A DNA stretch of 39,069 nt from Chiloscyllium plagiosum (taxonomy: Eukaryota): the NCBI RefSeq assembly GCF_004010195.1, contig NW_025214108.1, positions 1 through 39,069 of the forward strand. Direction: 5' to 3'. The number at the start of each line of letters is the position of its first letter. Within the stretch, counting starts at the first letter, position 1. Below the pieces are notes generated by a model. That model was not told where the DNA came from. It was given only the letters and a program-made list of their open reading frames with translations, and did no database searches. Position numbers and translations under genes: made by a program. Below are positions 35,827-39,069 of the stretch, piece by piece.

Positions 35827-37574
35827 CACCCACTGTAATATCACTGTAATCTCACTGTAATCTACAGCATTAACTGCGGAGTAGCCTACAGCAATAACAC
35901 CAGCAATAACCAGAAATAAATGGAGAAATTCAGCAGGTCTGGCAGTTTCATTCTTTATGTTTTGAATGCACCCAGGATCAGCGGTATCTCTGTGATGTAC
36001 AACAGTCCTCACACAGTTGTTGTCTCTGCATTTTGAAGTCCATACTCAGTGCTTCTGATTCTGACAGAAACTACAGTACTGGGAGCATCAATACTTTGAA
36101 AGAGCTTTACAATTTAATTACACACTCAAATTAACCCTTCAAAGGTGATTTTTTTTCCAGTCATAATCTTGGTAAGGAGATTCTCTGTACTCGGTACTGA
36201 TTTGGAACATTTTATTGCTGCTTCCCGCTCACTATTCAGCCATTCACAGGTGATCAGCCACTAACGAATTTCTCGATAAATAATTCTACGAGTGGAATTA
36301 TACTTCAATTAAGTGCCAAGTGTGCATTGTAGTGTCACGTGTCACTACTTCCGGATCAGGAAAGAACTTGACCTGAACTCTCAAGGTGTGCCACAGCAAG
36401 TTCAAACAGGTTCATGAACGTCGGTGGAAAGGCATGAGCAAAAAAAACACAACGCTCGACGCTTTCTGTCACTACTTTGAGTTGAAGATAAGATCCTAAC
36501 TTCATGCAAACACTGTTTAGATACTGAGAGATTTATTTTAAAATTATATATTTAGTTTTGTTTAAAAATTTTTAGTCCCTGGTTTAAACAAGGATTCCAC
36601 GTGTGTGTTGAATTTAAAAAGCACATCTTTCATCAAATCATAAGTCAATTATTGTTCAGGAAGGTTATTTTGCCTATCGTAAGTCATCCAGCTATAAACA
36701 CATTGATTCCATCATTTAAAAATCCAGTTGGTTTTAATTTATTCAATTTATGTTATCTGAAAGGCTGATCTTTTTTTTTACATAGTCAGAGAGATGTACA
36801 GCACAGAAACAGAGCCTTTGCTCCAACTCGTCCATGCCAACCAGATATCCCAACCTAATCTAGTCCTAATGCCAGCACCCAGCCAATGTCCTTCCAAACC
36901 CTTCCTATTCATATGCCCACCCAGAATCCTTTTAAATATTGCAATTGTACTAGCCTCCATCACTTCCTCTGGCAGTTCATTCCGTATACGTACTATCCTC
37001 TGCGTCAAAAAGTTGCCCTAAGGTCTCTTTTCTATCTTTCCCCTCTCACTCTAAACCTATGCCCTTCAGCCTCTGATGCTCAAGGGAAAACAGCCCCAGC
37101 ATATTCATCCCCTCCATATAGCTCAAATCCTCCAACCCTGGCAACATCCTTGTAAATTGTTTCTGAACCTTTTCAAGTTTCACAACATCCTTCAAGTTTC
37201 ACGCCCATAGGAAGGAGACGAGAATTGCATGCAATGTTCCAACAATGGCCTAACCAATGTTCTGTACAGGAACAACATGATCTCCCAACTCCGGTACTCA
37301 ATACTCTGACCAATAAAGGAAAGCAAATGCCTTCTTTCACTATCTTATCTACCTGCAACTCTTCTTTCAAGGAACTATGAATGTGCACTTCAAGGTGTCT
37401 CTGTTCAGCAAAACTCCCTAGGATCTTACCATTAAGTGTATAAGTCCTGCTAATATTTGCCTTTCCAAAATGCAGCACCTCGCATTTATCTAAATTAAAG
37501 TCCATCTGTCACGCCTCAGCCCATTGGCTCACCTGATCAAGATCCCACTGCAATGTGAGGTTGTCTTCTACATC

Positions 37575-37797
37575 GAGGAGAAAGTGAGGTCTGCAGATGC
37601 TGGAGATCAAAGTTGAAACTTTATTGCTGGAACAGCACAGCAGGTCAGGCAGCATCCAGGGAACAGGAGATTCGACGTTTCGGGCACAGGCCCTTCTTCA
37701 GGAATTCCTGAAGAAGGGCCTGTGCCCGAAACGTCGAATCTCCTGTTCCCTGGATGCTGCCTGACCTGCTGTGCTGTTCCAACAATAAAGTTTCAAC
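37575..37797. mobile_element. Young palindromic PLE-derived element with two hammerhead cores, 13-bp TSD
   Basis: TGTCTTCTACATC at 37562-37574 and 37798-37810. 94-bp arms span 37611-37798 with one mismatch. Confidence 0.9.
37700..37744 (+). ncRNA. Minimal type I hammerhead ribozyme motif (mirror copy on minus strand)
   Basis: Stem I attc/gaat; core CTGAAGA (37708-37714); stem II GGGC-ctgt-GCCC; GAAA (37728-37731); palindromic stem III ACGT; GTC cleavage triplet ending at 37735. Activity untested. Confidence 0.7.
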
Positions 37798-38199
37798 TGT
37801 CTTCTACATCTCCAATTTTGGTGTCATCTGCAAACTTACGAAATATACCTCTTATGCGCACATCCAAATCATTTATATGACAAAAAGTTGAGGACCCTGC
37901 ACTGATCCTTGTGGCACTCCACTGGCCACAGGCCTCCAGTCTGAAAAACAACCCTCCACCACCACCCTTTGTCTTCTACCTTCGAGCCAGTTCTGTATTC
38001 AGTTCTGTATATAAGCAGAATTAAATTTCTTGATAGTCAAATATGTTTAATAATTTGAACTGGTGTCCCATATGTTCTACTCAATCGATTTTGTCTTAAT
38101 CTGTGCAGTGAATATCTAGTTCATGTTTGGAATAAACTTTTTAGTTTTAGAGTACAATTAACAATTAAGGTTTAACGTTAAAAATTGAGATAAATAAAA

Positions 38200-38665
38200 C
38201 TTGAAAGGGATCAGGGAAGATTTACAAGGATGTTGCCAGGGTTAAAGGATTTGAGCTATAGGAAAGTGCTAGGGCTATTTTCCCTGAAGCGTGACCTGAT
38301 AGAGGTTTCTAAAACCATGAGGGTCATGGATAGGGTGAATAGACAAGATCTTTTCCCAGGGTAAGGAAATCCAAAAGTAGAGGGCATAGATTTAAGGTGA
38401 GAGGGGATAGATTTATAAGGGATTTAACGGGCAAAGTTTTCACGCAAAGGTGGTGTGTATGTATAGAATGAGCTTTCAGAGGAAGTGGTGGAGGCTGGTA
38501 CAATTACAACATTTAAAAGGATCTGGATGGGTACATGAATAGGAACAGTTTAGAATGAAATGGGCCAAATGCTTGAAAATGGAACTAGATTTACTTAGAA
38601 TATCCTGTCGGCATGGACAGGTTGGATTGAAGGGTCTGTTCCCATGCTACATATCTCTATGACTC
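38200..38665 (+). mobile_element. CR1 3' fragment
   Basis: Similar to 1750-2229. Confidence 0.85.
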
Positions 38666-38954
38666 GAAAAGCAAATGTTGCCTTCAGAGGTTAAAAGCTA
38701 GAAAGATAAGGTAATAAAACTGCTGGTAAGCGCATTTTGCAAAAGAGGTGGAGTTCAGAGAGATATTTTGTGTTATTTTAAAGTAGTTTGAAAACATTTA
38801 GTAAGCCCTAAAAGTTTGGAAAATCCAGATACTTAATCATATTAAAAAGGTATTATAAATTAAAGAAAAACTGGAGTAATCTATTTCTTCATTAAGGCAT
38901 TCAACTAGATTGTGGCTCAGATACGTCAACATCATTTTCCCACAGTATCCTCAT

Positions 38955-39069
38955 TTATGTGGAGCCGCAGGAGATGGGAGAGATACTAAATGAGTATTTT
39001 GCATCAGTATTTACGGTGGAAAAGAACATAGAAGATATAGAATGTAGGGAAATAGATGGTGACATCTTG
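38955..39069 (+). mobile_element. CR1 fragment running off the window end
   Basis: Near-identical to 14493-14609. Confidence 0.85.

Larger units (their letters stand above)
36781..37995 (-). mobile_element. CR1-clade LINE fragment interrupted by a palindromic insertion
   Basis: Minus-strand [16 protein letters not shown] and MDFNLDKCEVLHFGK, plus the family 3' tail at ~36781-36860. Confidence 0.88.

Noticed and set aside
37611..37798. Pre-miRNA or terminator hairpin
   Set aside because: The TSD, related dispersed copies and hammerhead cores are better explained by a PLE-derived insertion.

Overview
Eukaryotic, repeat-rich vertebrate DNA; the repeat families suggest a cartilaginous fish, probably a shark (inference). 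Two genes lie on the minus strand. PNRC1 is complete, with two coding exons (34321-33917 and 33282-32824, about 287 aa), a CpG-rich promoter and a long 3'UTR. PM20D2 is present only as exon 1 (about 13850-13453); it carries three apparent homopolymer frameshifts and sits behind a CCAAT-dense promoter. The rest is mostly decayed CR1-type LINEs, V-SINE/HE1-like tRNA-derived SINEs, a Tx1-like fragment, a probable solo LTR, and many Penelope-like element (PLE) fragments and short PLE-derived inverted elements. The most striking non-gene signal is about ten minimal hammerhead-ribozyme motifs. These include a young 188-bp near-perfect palindrome with an intact hammerhead core on each strand and a 13-bp target-site duplication (37575-37797). 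No SRSF12 was recognisable between PNRC1 and PM20D2, where human has it. All calls were made by eye, and repeat boundaries are approximate.
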